Of a stretch of 64,000 bases of DNA, positions 8,801 to 17,229 are shown one piece after another. The notes under the pieces were generated by a model, which was not told the origin of the DNA, made no database searches, and worked only from the letters and a program-made list of their open reading frames with translations. The position numbers and the translations under genes were made by a program. Origin of the DNA: Candidatus Fervidifonticultor secundus (GTDB lineage: Bacteria > Sysuimicrobiota > Sysuimicrobiia > Sysuimicrobiales > Humicultoraceae); NCBI GenBank assembly GCA_031459385.1, contig JAVKIP010000006.1:1-64000 (forward strand). Reading direction: 5' to 3'. Position 1 is the stretch's first letter. The number at the start of each line of letters is the position of its first letter.

Positions 8801-11800
8801 AGCCACGATGGCGGACGCCGGCGACGTGCCGTGGACCGACGTGTAGCCCCCGCCCGCGGCGGTCGTCTGGATCTGTACGCCGGGCGCGGCCAGGAAGGCG
8901 GCCGGACCGTAGTTACTGCCTTCCACCAGCCAGTCGTTCTCGTCGGTGGCCGTCACGCCCACGACCCCGCGGTTGCCGGCCGGGAACGTGGGCGTGCTGC
9001 TGCCGCCGTTGCCCGTGGCGGCCACGACCACCACGCCCTTGGCCCAGGCGTAGTCGATCGCGTACTGCAGCGCCTGACTGAAGCCCGGGGCGCTAAACGC
9101 CATGAGGATGACGTCCGCGCCGTAATCTGCAGCCCAGACGACGCCGGCGACGATATCGCTGTCTTGTCCCACCCCCTGCGCGTTCAACACGCGCACGGGC
9201 ACGATCTGCACGCCCGCGTAGCCGACGCCGGCAATGCCGGCGGCGTTGTCGGTAAGGGCGGCGACGATGCCGGCCAGCCACGTACCGTGCCCGTTGGGGT
9301 CGGTCAGCCCCTGCGAGCCGTCGTCGGTGCCGTCGACGATCGCCGTGCCGGGCACGACTCGCCCGGCGAGTTCGGGGTGGCTGGCATCCACACCGGTGTC
9401 GAGGATCGCTACCTTCGCGGTCCCGGGGGGCGTGTAGTTGCCGAAGACCTGGTCCCAGCGGATTCGCGGCAACGCCCACTGCGCCGGATAAAGGAGGTCG
9501 GACGGGTCCGCCTGGGCCGCACGGGTCTGGTCGACCTCCGCGCTCAGCACCTGGGGATCGGCCTGGTACTTTGTCAGGGCGGTCTCGACCTGGCTCGCGG
9601 GTACGTCCACGATGTGCAGCCGCAGGGCCGCGATGACCTGCCGCTGGACGCCGCCGTTGCGCTTGATGATGGTCGCCTGCTCCCCCTCGGTCAGCCCGTC
9701 GACCAGCGTCACCAGGAACGTCACGGGCTCGATGGTGACGTCAAGCGCCCGGGACGCGGGGCTGACGTTGCCGGCCGTGTCGACGGCCCGGGCGCTCAGG
9801 CTGTGGGCGCCAAGCGCCAGAGGCCCGCTGGTGAAGACCCAGGCGCCGGTGGGGCCCGCGGCCGTCGTCCCGAGCGGCGCGGCGCCGTCGAAGATCAGCA
9901 CGACGGCCCCAGCTTCGGCGGTGCCGGTAAGGGTCGGCGTGTCGTCGGTCGTGATATCGTCGCTGTCTGAGAGGCCGGTGTCGCTGGCCGGCAACAGGTC
10001 AGGCGGCGAGGGCGCCGGTGGCGCGGTGGTGTCGACGGTCAAAGACAGCGTGCCTGACAGCAGGCTCGCGTTCCCGGCCAGGTCAACGGCACGCGCCGCG
10101 AGGGCGTGCACGCCATCTGTGAGGCCGCCCAGCGTGAGCATCCAGGCGCCGTCGGGTGCCGCCACGGCCACACCCAGCAGGGCCTCGCCGTCGAACACCT
10201 GCACGCGCGTCCCTGGCTCGGCGCTACCCACCACGGTGGGCGTGGGGTGAGCGGTGATATCGTCGTCATCCTTGCCGCCGGTGTCGCTGGCCGCCACCAG
10301 GTCAGGCTGCGACGGTGCTGCCGGCGGCGTCTTGTCGATGTTCAGGACGACGAGCGCCTCGGCGGCGTTCTCGGCGTTATCGGTACAGACGCCGATGACG
10401 TGCTGCCCGGCCCCCTCGACGCTGCGGGTCTGGGCACCGCTGCCGGAGCGGACTCCAGACAGCGCGTCGGTGCAGTCGAACGCCACGGTGACGTCGGTGT
10501 TGTGCCATCCGTCGGCGTTGGCCGGCGGAGTCACGGTGGCCCTGACCTCGGGCGGGGTCCGATCGATCTTCACCACCACCTCGACCGGCACCGACTCATT
10601 GCCGGCGCGGTCGGTGCAGGTACCCCGCACCGGCGTTCCGTCCGCTGGCGTCTCGCCGGTGAGGGTCACCGGCGACGCACACGTCTCGACACCGCTGGCC
10701 TCCGCGCCAGAATCCTCGCCGGCGAACGTCACGGTCACGTCGTCGCGGTTCCAGCCCTGAGCGTTGGGCGCCGGGTCGGCGTGGGCCGTCACCGCCGGTG
10801 GGGTCTTGTCGATCCGGTACGCGGGTGTCTCGAAGGTGGCGGTGTTCCCCGCGCGGTCGGTCACCGTAACCCTGCCGACGACGGCCGCGCCCTCCTGGGA
10901 CAGCACCAGCGGGTTGCCCGCCGGGTCGGTGCTGGCCACACCGGAGAGCGTGTCGGCCGTGCTGTAGGGCACCGCCACGTCGGTGCGGTGCCAGCCGGCG
11001 GCGTTCGGCGCAGGCGTGGCGTCGCCGAAAATCAGCACCGGCGGCGTCCGGTCGATGTTTATGCCGGTCACCGTCAGTGACACGGTGTTGCCGGCGCGGT
11101 CGATACACGTGCCGCTCGTGGACTGGTCGGCCCCTTCGGCCAGCAGCAGCCGCGGCGGGGGCAGGGTGCTCTCGACGAAGCCGGAGAGCGCGTCCTCGCA
11201 CGCAAAGGTCACCGTGACTCCGGTGTTGTTCCAGCCGGCGGCGTTCGGCGCAGGATCGCGCTGCGCCGCGATGGTGGGCGCGGTCTTGTCGACGTTGACG
11301 TCGGTGACGGCGGCCGTGGTGGTGTTGCCGGCGACATCGGTGCAGGTGCCGGTTGCGGCCTGGCCGGCGCCCTCGCCGAGCACCTGAGGCGCTTCCGGCG
11401 ACAGCTGCGCCACCCCCGCGAGGGCGTCGGTGCAGGTGAAGGCCACGGTGACGTCGGTGTTGTTCCAGCCGTTGTGGTTGGGCTCGGGGCTGCGGCTCGC
11501 GGAGAGCACGGGCGGCGTCTTGTCGATGTTGAACGCGGGCGAGGCCACGACGGCGGTGTTGCCGGCCCGGTCGCGCACCGTGACGTCGCTCGTCACGCCC
11601 GCGCCCTCGGCCGAGATCACCAAAGGACTGGCGGCCGGGATCGTGGTGTCGACGCCCGACAGGGCATCGCCTGCGACGAAGGGTACGGCCACGTCGGCGT
11701 TGTACCAGCCGGCGGCGTTGGGGACGGTCAGGGGGGCCTCGAACGTGACCACGGGCGGCGTCCGGTCGATGTTGATGCCGCCCACGGTGGCCGTCGCGGT

Positions 11801-13648
11801 GTTGCCGGCCCGGTCGGCGCACGTCCCGCTGGCGGTCTGGCCGACCCCCTCCGCGCTCAGGAGGACCGGCGTGGGCCCGGTGCCCGGCGTCACGCCCGAG
11901 AGCGCGTCGGTGCACGTGAACGTCACCGTGACGTCGGTGTTGTTCCAGCCGAAGGCGTTGGGGGCCGGCGACCGGCTGCCGGTGACGGTCGGCGGCGCCG
12001 TGTCGATCCTGACGGTCAGGCTGGCCGAGGCGCTGTTCCCCGCGCCATCGACGGCCGTGCAGGTGACCACGTGGTCGGCCGCGTCCCCGCTGACGCTCAC
12101 GCTGCGGCTGGCGGTCGGCGTCCCGCCACCCGACAGCGGCCCCTGGCTCAGCCCGCCGCGCGAGTCGGTGCAGGAGAGGCTCACGACGCGGGCGTCGTCC
12201 GTGGCGGTGACGCTGCCGGGAGCCGGCGATGTGGTGAACCAGCCGTTGGCGCCGTTCGGGACGAAGGCGATGGTGACGGAGGGCGCTGCCGTGTCCACGT
12301 ACAGGGTCCGGACCGGTGACTTCTCCGCCAGGCGCGTCCAGACCAGCTGCATCGGACCGTTCTGCGGGCTCGCGAGCCAGTCCACGCTGGTTTCGGCTAC
12401 CTGCAGGTCGCACTGGGCGCCGTTTGGGGTACCGCCCTTCTCTGTGCACCCCGAGGCGCCCCACGCACTAGACCCGGTGCTGGTGGTCTTGAACGACACG
12501 ACCCCTGTGTTCGTCCCGAAGAAGGCGTAGAGTCGGTCGGCCGCAGCGGACGTCTCGATGGAGAGGGAGGCCGTGGTGATCGTGCCGTCCGACGGCATGG
12601 CGGTAACCTGAACCGGCGCCCCCCACGACTCGACTGTTCCGGCGGCGGCCGCCCGCCGCGAGTAGACGCCGGTCCCCACACCCGCGGCGCTGCCACAGTC
12701 GGCGCAGTCCTTGACGTAGAGGAGATGCGCGACGCCGTCGCGGTCGACGACACCAGACAGTGACGTGCCGAACCCCAGGCGGCCGGCGCCGGCGGTCACT
12801 GCGCCCAGGAGTTGCACCGGGCCCAGTGTGTACGCGGTCCCGTCGAAGTTCGAGATGTTGCGCGCATGGAGCGCGTTGTACGCGCCGGCGCGCGCCGCGG
12901 CCACGAAGCCCAGCAGGGCGCCTGGTCCGCTGAATGGCAGCAGCAGCGGCAGGTCCTCGGCGCCGGCGTCGGGGGTGGTCAGGAGGTCGACGGGCGGCTG
13001 CAGCCAGGTCGGCAGGTCGTCGGGATCGGGCGCCACGGTGCCGAGGAGGCTGATCACCCCCTGTGCGCGCCGGTAGGCGATGTGTACGCGGCCCGCCCGG
13101 TCGCGCGCGATCACCGGCCGCACCGAGCCGGGCGCCGCGACCCGCGCGCCCACGTCCTGCTCGGGCCCGATGGTGACGGTACCGTCGTCGGCGATCCGTA
13201 TGCGGCGGTACCAGACCGGGCTGTAGTCGCCCTGCGCGTAGGTGACGTAGACAACCAGTTGCGTGCCGTCGTCGTGGACCCAGAGGCTGGCGGTGACCGT
13301 GGGCGGATCGCTGTTGTCGCGCTTGAGGCGCCCCGTCACCGGATTGGGGTCCACCGGCGCCCAGGTGGCGCCGGTGTCGGTCGACCGGAACAGCCACAGG
13401 CCACCGGGCAGCCCGCCCGGTGCAGGCATCTCGGGGTTGGAGACGACGACCAGCGCGTACGAGTGGCGCACGCCGCGCGGGTTCTTGAACACCTTGCGCT
13501 GCGTCTCATGCGCCGTTGCCGCGACCGCCCGAATCTGCCCGGTCAGATCGTTCGCGTTGCGCACCAGCGGCCCCGACGGCGCGGCGGCCGCCACCGTAGC
13601 GAAGGTGGCGGAGGCCACCACCTGCGGCGTCTGGTCATACACATGCAC
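5888..13648 (-). CDS. Giant multidomain surface protein: Asp-box/propeller-like N-region, Ig-like repeats, S8 subtilisin protease, Calx-beta domains; probably 5'-truncated
   Basis: S8 triad VAILDTG / NGHGTWLAG / HGTSPA with oxyanion ATGN; repeated NxxGWxNTDVTVxFxCxDALSG units; PDL..SDTG..DDIT..TPT Ig-like units; Calx-beta-like TITASDASAAEAG and LRIADVTASEG; RSTDTGATW Asp-box; no signal peptide at the apparent start. Confidence 0.85.
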   Translation of the reverse strand: MHVYDQTPQVVASATFATVAAAAPSGPLVRNANDLTGQIRAVAATAHETQRKVFKNPRGVRHSYALVVVSNPEMPAPGGLPGGLWLFRSTDTGATWAPVDPNPVTGRLKRDNSDPPTVTASLWVHDDGTQLVVYVTYAQGDYSPVWYRRIRIADDGTVTIGPEQDVGARVAAPGSVRPVIARDRAGRVHIAYRRAQGVISLLGTVAPDPDDLPTWLQPPVDLLTTPDAGAEDLPLLLPFSGPGALLGFVAAARAGAYNALHARNISNFDGTAYTLGPVQLLGAVTAGAGRLGFGTSLSGVVDRDGVAHLLYVKDCADCGSAAGVGTGVYSRRAAAAGTVESWGAPVQVTAMPSDGTITTASLSIETSAAADRLYAFFGTNTGVVSFKTTSTGSSAWGASGCTEKGGTPNGAQCDLQVAETSVDWLASPQNGPMQLVWTRLAEKSPVRTLYVDTAAPSVTIAFVPNGANGWFTTSPAPGSVTATDDARVVSLSCTDSRGGLSQGPLSGGGTPTASRSVSVSGDAADHVVTCTAVDGAGNSASASLTVRIDTAPPTVTGSRSPAPNAFGWNNTDVTVTFTCTDALSGVTPGTGPTPVLLSAEGVGQTASGTCADRAGNTATATVGGINIDRTPPVVTFEAPLTVPNAAGWYNADVAVPFVAGDALSGVDTTIPAASPLVISAEGAGVTSDVTVRDRAGNTAVVASPAFNIDKTPPVLSASRSPEPNHNGWNNTDVTVAFTCTDALAGVAQLSPEAPQVLGEGAGQAATGTCTDVAGNTTTAAVTDVNVDKTAPTIAAQRDPAPNAAGWNNTGVTVTFACEDALSGFVESTLPPPRLLLAEGADQSTSGTCIDRAGNTVSLTVTGINIDRTPPVLIFGDATPAPNAAGWHRTDVAVPYSTADTLSGVASTDPAGNPLVLSQEGAAVVGRVTVTDRAGNTATFETPAYRIDKTPPAVTAHADPAPNAQGWNRDDVTVTFAGEDSGAEASGVETCASPVTLTGETPADGTPVRGTCTDRAGNESVPVEVVVKIDRTPPEVRATVTPPANADGWHNTDVTVAFDCTDALSGVRSGSGAQTRSVEGAGQHVIGVCTDNAENAAEALVVLNIDKTPPAAPSQPDLVAASDTGGKDDDDITAHPTPTVVGSAEPGTRVQVFDGEALLGVAVAAPDGAWMLTLGGLTDGVHALAARAVDLAGNASLLSGTLSLTVDTTAPPAPSPPDLLPASDTGLSDSDDITTDDTPTLTGTAEAGAVVLIFDGAAPLGTTAAGPTGAWVFTSGPLALGAHSLSARAVDTAGNVSPASRALDVTIEPVTFLVTLVDGLTEGEQATIIKRNGGVQRQVIAALRLHIVDVPASQVETALTKYQADPQVLSAEVDQTRAAQADPSDLLYPAQWALPRIRWDQVFGNYTPPGTAKVAILDTGVDASHPELAGRVVPGTAIVDGTDDGSQGLTDPNGHGTWLAGIVAALTDNAAGIAGVGYAGVQIVPVRVLNAQGVGQDSDIVAGVVWAADYGADVILMAFSAPGFSQALQYAIDYAWAKGVVVVAATGNGGSSTPTFPAGNRGVVGVTATDENDWLVEGSNYGPAAFLAAPGVQIQTTAAGGGYTSVHGTSPASAIVAGAAALMKAADPALSNGIIVGRLARTADSAGTQEQTGNGRINLARAMADTSTEPVQPAGAQPVGEGGPYVGPYTAAARFFTAAISPTSTNVGAATTYTLTITNTSNAGESMDCVRVTIPAGAGNPANMSVAATDPGPTLRTWSQPTVNAGAIETQRTGAASNSIDPNGTVVVTFTATATTGGTKTWTTSAYGNPNCSSQLFSIQGSQPSVTVSQVVTITASDASAAEAGPDTGTFTVTRTTADPTALTVNYTVGGTATAGSDYAALTGSVTIPANATSAMITVTPVDDAVYEGSQTVVVTLAAGSGYIVGSPSSATVTILDNDAPPVLRIADVTASEGNSGTTGFTFTVTKTGATELDATVAYATAPTGTAPVAASEGTACGSTGTPDYKGASGTLSIPAAAGSGTITVQVCGEEVYERDQTFQVTLSAPVDATIGDGTGQGVIENDDAPPLLRIDDVTADEGDSGTSTLTFTVTRTGATELDATVNYATTSAGATAAAGASCDSNVDYVSASGSITFDASSDTPVMRKFSVTVCPDLVDEDNETLFANLSGTGDFEISDGQGVGTIKDDDDSPVVVANVGSRSTQYTDAIDPVTVTATDADSAGTLLAATTTFAKNGGPSVSGLPAGLSLTLGSTDNKVPGSRSWTLAGAPQVEAGDYVVTIQVSDTTDGGNVGETTVTITVSREDAAVEYTGGTIARVGTSLMLRATVWDSAAASFVGAGVETGGGATIGDVTKMWVEFGIYTGGSCNSGNPSVVLLAQVQDTGTPGDGIGTAEHSYMSLNEQTYCVVARVVGPSGGTNTWYVAPYAQTATIAFYNNTGQFITGGGWIEDPAPDYSHGNFGFNARYNKKAQPQGQMVYVYRGMYNGVAADYIIKSNSLTALQFKTNASGYPMTGTLEGKCTIQINRAGDGSLLYSDGNATFTAEATDSGQSSGIGVDSYALKVYDKNGVSYRSFSAQGLKGGNVVVHSK

Positions 13649-13671
13649 GGTATAGGTACACCGCGGCAGCC

Positions 13672-14922
13672 TTGCGCCTCGCCGAGGCAGGTGTACACCG
13701 TGCGCTGGCCGTGCTCGAGTCCTCGGCGCCCGACGGCGGACCGGGACGCGTGTGGCGTCCGGCCACGTACGAGGAGCGCCGGCGCTTCCACGGCATTGAG
13801 GGGCGCTTTCGCCTGTCGCTCACCGACGAAGCCGGCGGCGTGATCCTCGTCGCCAGCACCGGCGAGGTCGGAGGTATCGTCCGCCGCGTGCACGCGCGAG
13901 TCGTGTTGGCGTCACCGCTCCTGGGTGCCGCGCTCCACGCGGCAGGTCTCGTGCAGCTGGGCAACCCACCCGGGGCGACGGTGATCGTGCCCTACGGCGA
14001 TTCCGTCGCCGACCGCCGGTGGGCGCACCTCTCGACAGCCCACGGGGTCTGGTTCGAGTCGGTCGCCGTATCGCTGAACGCGCCGGGCATGCCCCACGAC
14101 CTCGCGGCAGGCCCGGCCGACCCGCCGGGGAGCTTGCGGGACGCGACGGCCGCGGCCTGGCCCCAGCCGGCACGGCTCGTCATGGCGCCGGGTGCACTAA
14201 TCACGCTGGGCCAGACCGCTCTGGCCACGGTCCAGCCGCTGCGCGCCGCCGGCGTCAACCTCGACGGCGAGGTGCGCACCCTGCGCGGGCCCTTGCCGCC
14301 GCCTGAGGTAGACCGCGAGTACTACCAGGGGCTGGCTGCCGCCAACCTGAGCAACGCAGCCGTGAATCAGGCTGCGGGCGCCGCGCACCGCGACGACCGG
14401 CTGGAGCGGAAACAAGAGAGCCTGTACAGTCCGGCCGAGTTCGCGCGCGTCCTGGCCTACCTGCGGCGCACGCCGGAGGCGGTGCTGCGTGGAACGGTCT
14501 ACGTTCGAGGCGGCGTCGCCCTCAGTGACGGCGACCGGGTGCGCATCACGGGCGGGACGCTGGTGACCGACGGCACGGTGCACGTGGTGCACGGGGGCAC
14601 GCTGGAGATCGTGCACGACATGGCAACCCGGTCGCTTGCCGGGCTGCTGGTCCTCGAGCCAGGCGCCGTCGTCGTCTCCCACGGGGGACGCCTGCGTGTG
14701 CACGGCCTCGTGTACGCTGGGCGCACCTTCGACGCGGGCGCCGAGGCGACTGTCGACAGCGTGGGGGCCGTGCTCGGTGCCGACCCGCGCATCAGCATCA
14801 GGAACCACGGCGCCCGCGTGGTCATCCGGTACGATCCGGCCGTGATGGGCACGCCAGGGCTCCGCGTCGCCCCGGACTCGCCCGTCGTGGCGTGGGTCAC
14901 GACCTGGGAGGAGCGGCCATAG
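13672..14922 (+). CDS. PilX N-terminal-like protein with beta-rich C-terminus; probably 5'-truncated
   Basis: AALRLAEAGVHRALAVL resembles the PilX_N A..AEAG...A motif; C-terminal GLVYAG/GAVLG/IRYDP; weak TTG start, no RBS, no prepilin-like hydrophobic N-terminus. Confidence 0.55.
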   Translation: MRLAEAGVHRALAVLESSAPDGGPGRVWRPATYEERRRFHGIEGRFRLSLTDEAGGVILVASTGEVGGIVRRVHARVVLASPLLGAALHAAGLVQLGNPPGATVIVPYGDSVADRRWAHLSTAHGVWFESVAVSLNAPGMPHDLAAGPADPPGSLRDATAAAWPQPARLVMAPGALITLGQTALATVQPLRAAGVNLDGEVRTLRGPLPPPEVDREYYQGLAAANLSNAAVNQAAGAAHRDDRLERKQESLYSPAEFARVLAYLRRTPEAVLRGTVYVRGGVALSDGDRVRITGGTLVTDGTVHVVHGGTLEIVHDMATRSLAGLLVLEPGAVVVSHGGRLRVHGLVYAGRTFDAGAEATVDSVGAVLGADPRISIRNHGARVVIRYDPAVMGTPGLRVAPDSPVVAWVTTWEERP

Positions 14923-15607
14923 CACCCGAGCCCGCCCGGGTCGCCGCAACGACTGCCACCATCTCGAAGAGCAAGTTCGCGGCCAGCAGCGACGTCAGGT
15001 TGGCGTGGTCGTAGGGCGGCGAGACCTCGACGAGGTCTGCCGCGACCAGGCGGACCCCGCAAAGCGCCCGGATGACCTCCTGCGCCTGGAGGCTCGTGAG
15101 CCCCCCGACCTCCGGTGTGCCGGTGCCCGGCGCGAACGCCGGGTTGATGCCGTCGATGTCGAACGAGAGGTAGACCGGGCCGTCGCCCAGCGCGGGCAGC
15201 AGGTGGGCCAGCACCCATTCGATGCCGTGCCGTCCCACCTCCTCCGCGCGGACCACCCGCACCCCGTGCGCACGCCCGAAGTCGAAGTCGGTGCGGTCGT
15301 ACACCGGGCCCCGGATCCCGATCTGGACGGCGCGGCGCCCGTCGAGCACCCCCTCCTCCAGGGCGCGCCGGAACGGCGTGCCGTGGAAGTAGCGGTGGCC
15401 GAAGTACTGGTCCCACATGTCCTGGTGCGCGTCGACGTGGACCAGGCCCACGGGCCCGACCCGCCGCGCGACGGTCCGCAGGATGGGCAGCGACAGGGCC
15501 ACGTCGAGCCCGCGCGAGTCGCGGGTATGGGGCAGACGCATGAAGGTGGCGAGTTGCGCGAAGCGCGGCGACGCGAACGCGTCAGGTGGGCGGAACTCCG
15601 TGGGCAT
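14897..15607 (-). pseudogene. speB: Agmatinase/ureohydrolase with in-frame internal deletion
   Basis: PRFAQLATFMRLP, VHVDAHQD, HGTPFRRA, SFDIDGINPAFAPGTGTPEVGG, DLVEVSP present; GLDVAL is joined directly to SLPILR, so the GVPFD...GPxxIR...GGDH segment is absent; 236 aa. Confidence 0.8.
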
Positions 15608-15751
15608 CTCCGACCTCCCGTGTGGCGGGAATCCTCGTCTAGAACTCCTGGGAGACGGGCAGAAACCTCCCGAAACCTCCGGTGGGGCGGCGGCATGCTC
15701 GGGCCATCCGTTCGACCCGACCGCTGCGCCGCCGGGTGAGGTGATGCAGTC

Positions 15752-17113
15752 ATGCCGCGGACCACGGTGTTTCTCCTGCTGGACGGCGTCCCGCTGCGCG
15801 AGGTGGGGGCGCCGTCGATCGCGCTCTGCGCGCTCGCCGCGGCACCGGACGGCACGCTGGCGGCGGTCGGGACGCGTCGCGTCGCGTGCGCGGACGAGCG
15901 CGCCTGGACGGGCCTGCTGCGCGAGCTGCGCGCCGGCGGTGCCGTCGGGGATCCTCTCCTCGTGTGCTGCGACGGCGCCCCGGCGGTCGTCCGCGCCGTG
16001 GAGGCGGTCTTCCCCCACGCGGCGGTGCAGTATAGCATTCCCCACCGGCTGGCGGCGCTGCGCCGCATCGTGGACGACCGCAGGAGCGTCGGCTGCGTGG
16101 CGGAGGCCCGCAGGATCTTCCAGGCCGCCGACCGCGAGGCGGCTGCAGCCCGCTTCCGCGCATGGCGCGCCCGCTGGCTCGCGCGGGGCGAGCGCGCCCC
16201 ACACGACCTGGAGGAGGACCTGGCGCGGTGCCTGGCCTTCTACCGGCTGCCACAACACCTTCGGGCCCGGGCGCGGAGCGTCACCGCCGTGCGGCACGCG
16301 ATGCGCCGTGCGCAGTCGCCGGGGGCCGCGCAGCGCCCGCTACCGCGCCCGGAGCCGCCCCACAAACCAGTGCCCGAACCCCTCTCGCCCTCGCGTCCCG
16401 AGCCTGCGCCCGCGGAGGCCCCTGTGGGGGCGATCATCCTGGGCGGCGCGCAGGGGTCTTCCGGGCTCTCAAGGCCCCGGCGTACGGCTGCCGTGAGGCT
16501 GTGGGCAGCCGCCGGCACAGCCGCCCTCATCGCCACAGCTGGCGCCCCCTATCTGCCCGGGCTGGCCCGCCGGCCCTCCGGAGCCGCTGAGCTCGCCACA
16601 GCGTCGTCCGCGGCTGCAGTGGCGCCCATGGCGCCGGCGCCGGTGGCCGGCGAGGCCCTCCACCAGGAGGACCGGGCCCTGGCGAGTGCCCCGGCATCCG
16701 CCCACCAGGAGGACCGGGCCCTGGCGAGTGCCCCGGCATCCGCCCACCAGGAGGACCGGGCCCTGGCGAGTGCCCCGGCATCCGCCCACGGGGACGCAGG
16801 CACAGCCGACAGAGCTGCCGCGCAGGCCCTCGCACCGTTCCCTGCCCGCGGCGAGCGGACGCGGGGTGTCAACCTCGTGCTGACCGCCACCGGCCGGTCG
16901 TGGCTGCGGGTCACGGTGGACGGAGTGCGGGTCTTCGAGGACGTGGTGCGGGCCGGCGAGATCCGACAGTGGACGGCTCGCCGGATGATTCAAGTCCGGG
17001 CAGGGAACGCCGGCGCGGTCGATCTCACGGTGAACGGCCGGCGGCTCGGGGTCCCGGGACGAGTGGGGCAGATCGCGTCGCTGGCCTTCACACCCTCCGG
17101 CGCTAGGCCCTGA
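15752..17113 (+). CDS. Fusion protein: degenerate IS256/Mutator transposase core + TM helix + repeat linker + RodZ C-terminal (DUF4115) domain
   Basis: FLLLDG, W..LL.EL, LVCCDG, AVEAVFP.A.VQ...H, L.FYRLP..L match IS256 core; SWLRVTVDG..VFE...AG, IQVRAGNAGAVDLTVNG..LG..G..GQ match DUF4115; GAGGTGA RBS 7 nt before ATG. Confidence 0.75.
   Translation: MPRTTVFLLLDGVPLREVGAPSIALCALAAAPDGTLAAVGTRRVACADERAWTGLLRELRAGGAVGDPLLVCCDGAPAVVRAVEAVFPHAAVQYSIPHRLAALRRIVDDRRSVGCVAEARRIFQAADREAAAARFRAWRARWLARGERAPHDLEEDLARCLAFYRLPQHLRARARSVTAVRHAMRRAQSPGAAQRPLPRPEPPHKPVPEPLSPSRPEPAPAEAPVGAIILGGAQGSSGLSRPRRTAAVRLWAAAGTAALIATAGAPYLPGLARRPSGAAELATASSAAAVAPMAPAPVAGEALHQEDRALASAPASAHQEDRALASAPASAHQEDRALASAPASAHGDAGTADRAAAQALAPFPARGERTRGVNLVLTATGRSWLRVTVDGVRVFEDVVRAGEIRQWTARRMIQVRAGNAGAVDLTVNGRRLGVPGRVGQIASLAFTPSGARP
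16661..16789 (+). repeat. Three identical in-frame 42-bp tandem repeats encoding HQEDRALASAPASA
   Basis: caccaggaggaccgggccctggcgagtgccccggcatccgcc at 16661, 16703 and 16745. Confidence 0.97.
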
Positions 17114-17229
17114 CCGGCCCGCGCACCCAGCTCCGCCGCGCCGCGTGGCCGAGAGGGAAGCGCGCCCGGGGTCCCGAAGAGTCGCCCCGCGCGGCGTGTG
17201 CCTGACGTCCGTGCCCGCACATCGCTTTC

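Noticed and set aside
15608..15751. Guanidine riboswitch upstream of agmatinase
   Set aside because: No guanidine-I or twin ACGR-loop consensus recognised; only a short gaaacctcc direct repeat (15662-15680) and a small hairpin
15700..16400. Active IS256 element
   Set aside because: No terminal inverted repeats or target duplication seen; N-terminal domain and catalytic Glu motif missing
16661..16789. CRISPR array
   Set aside because: Repeats are contiguous with no spacers, in frame within a CDS, and there are no cas genes
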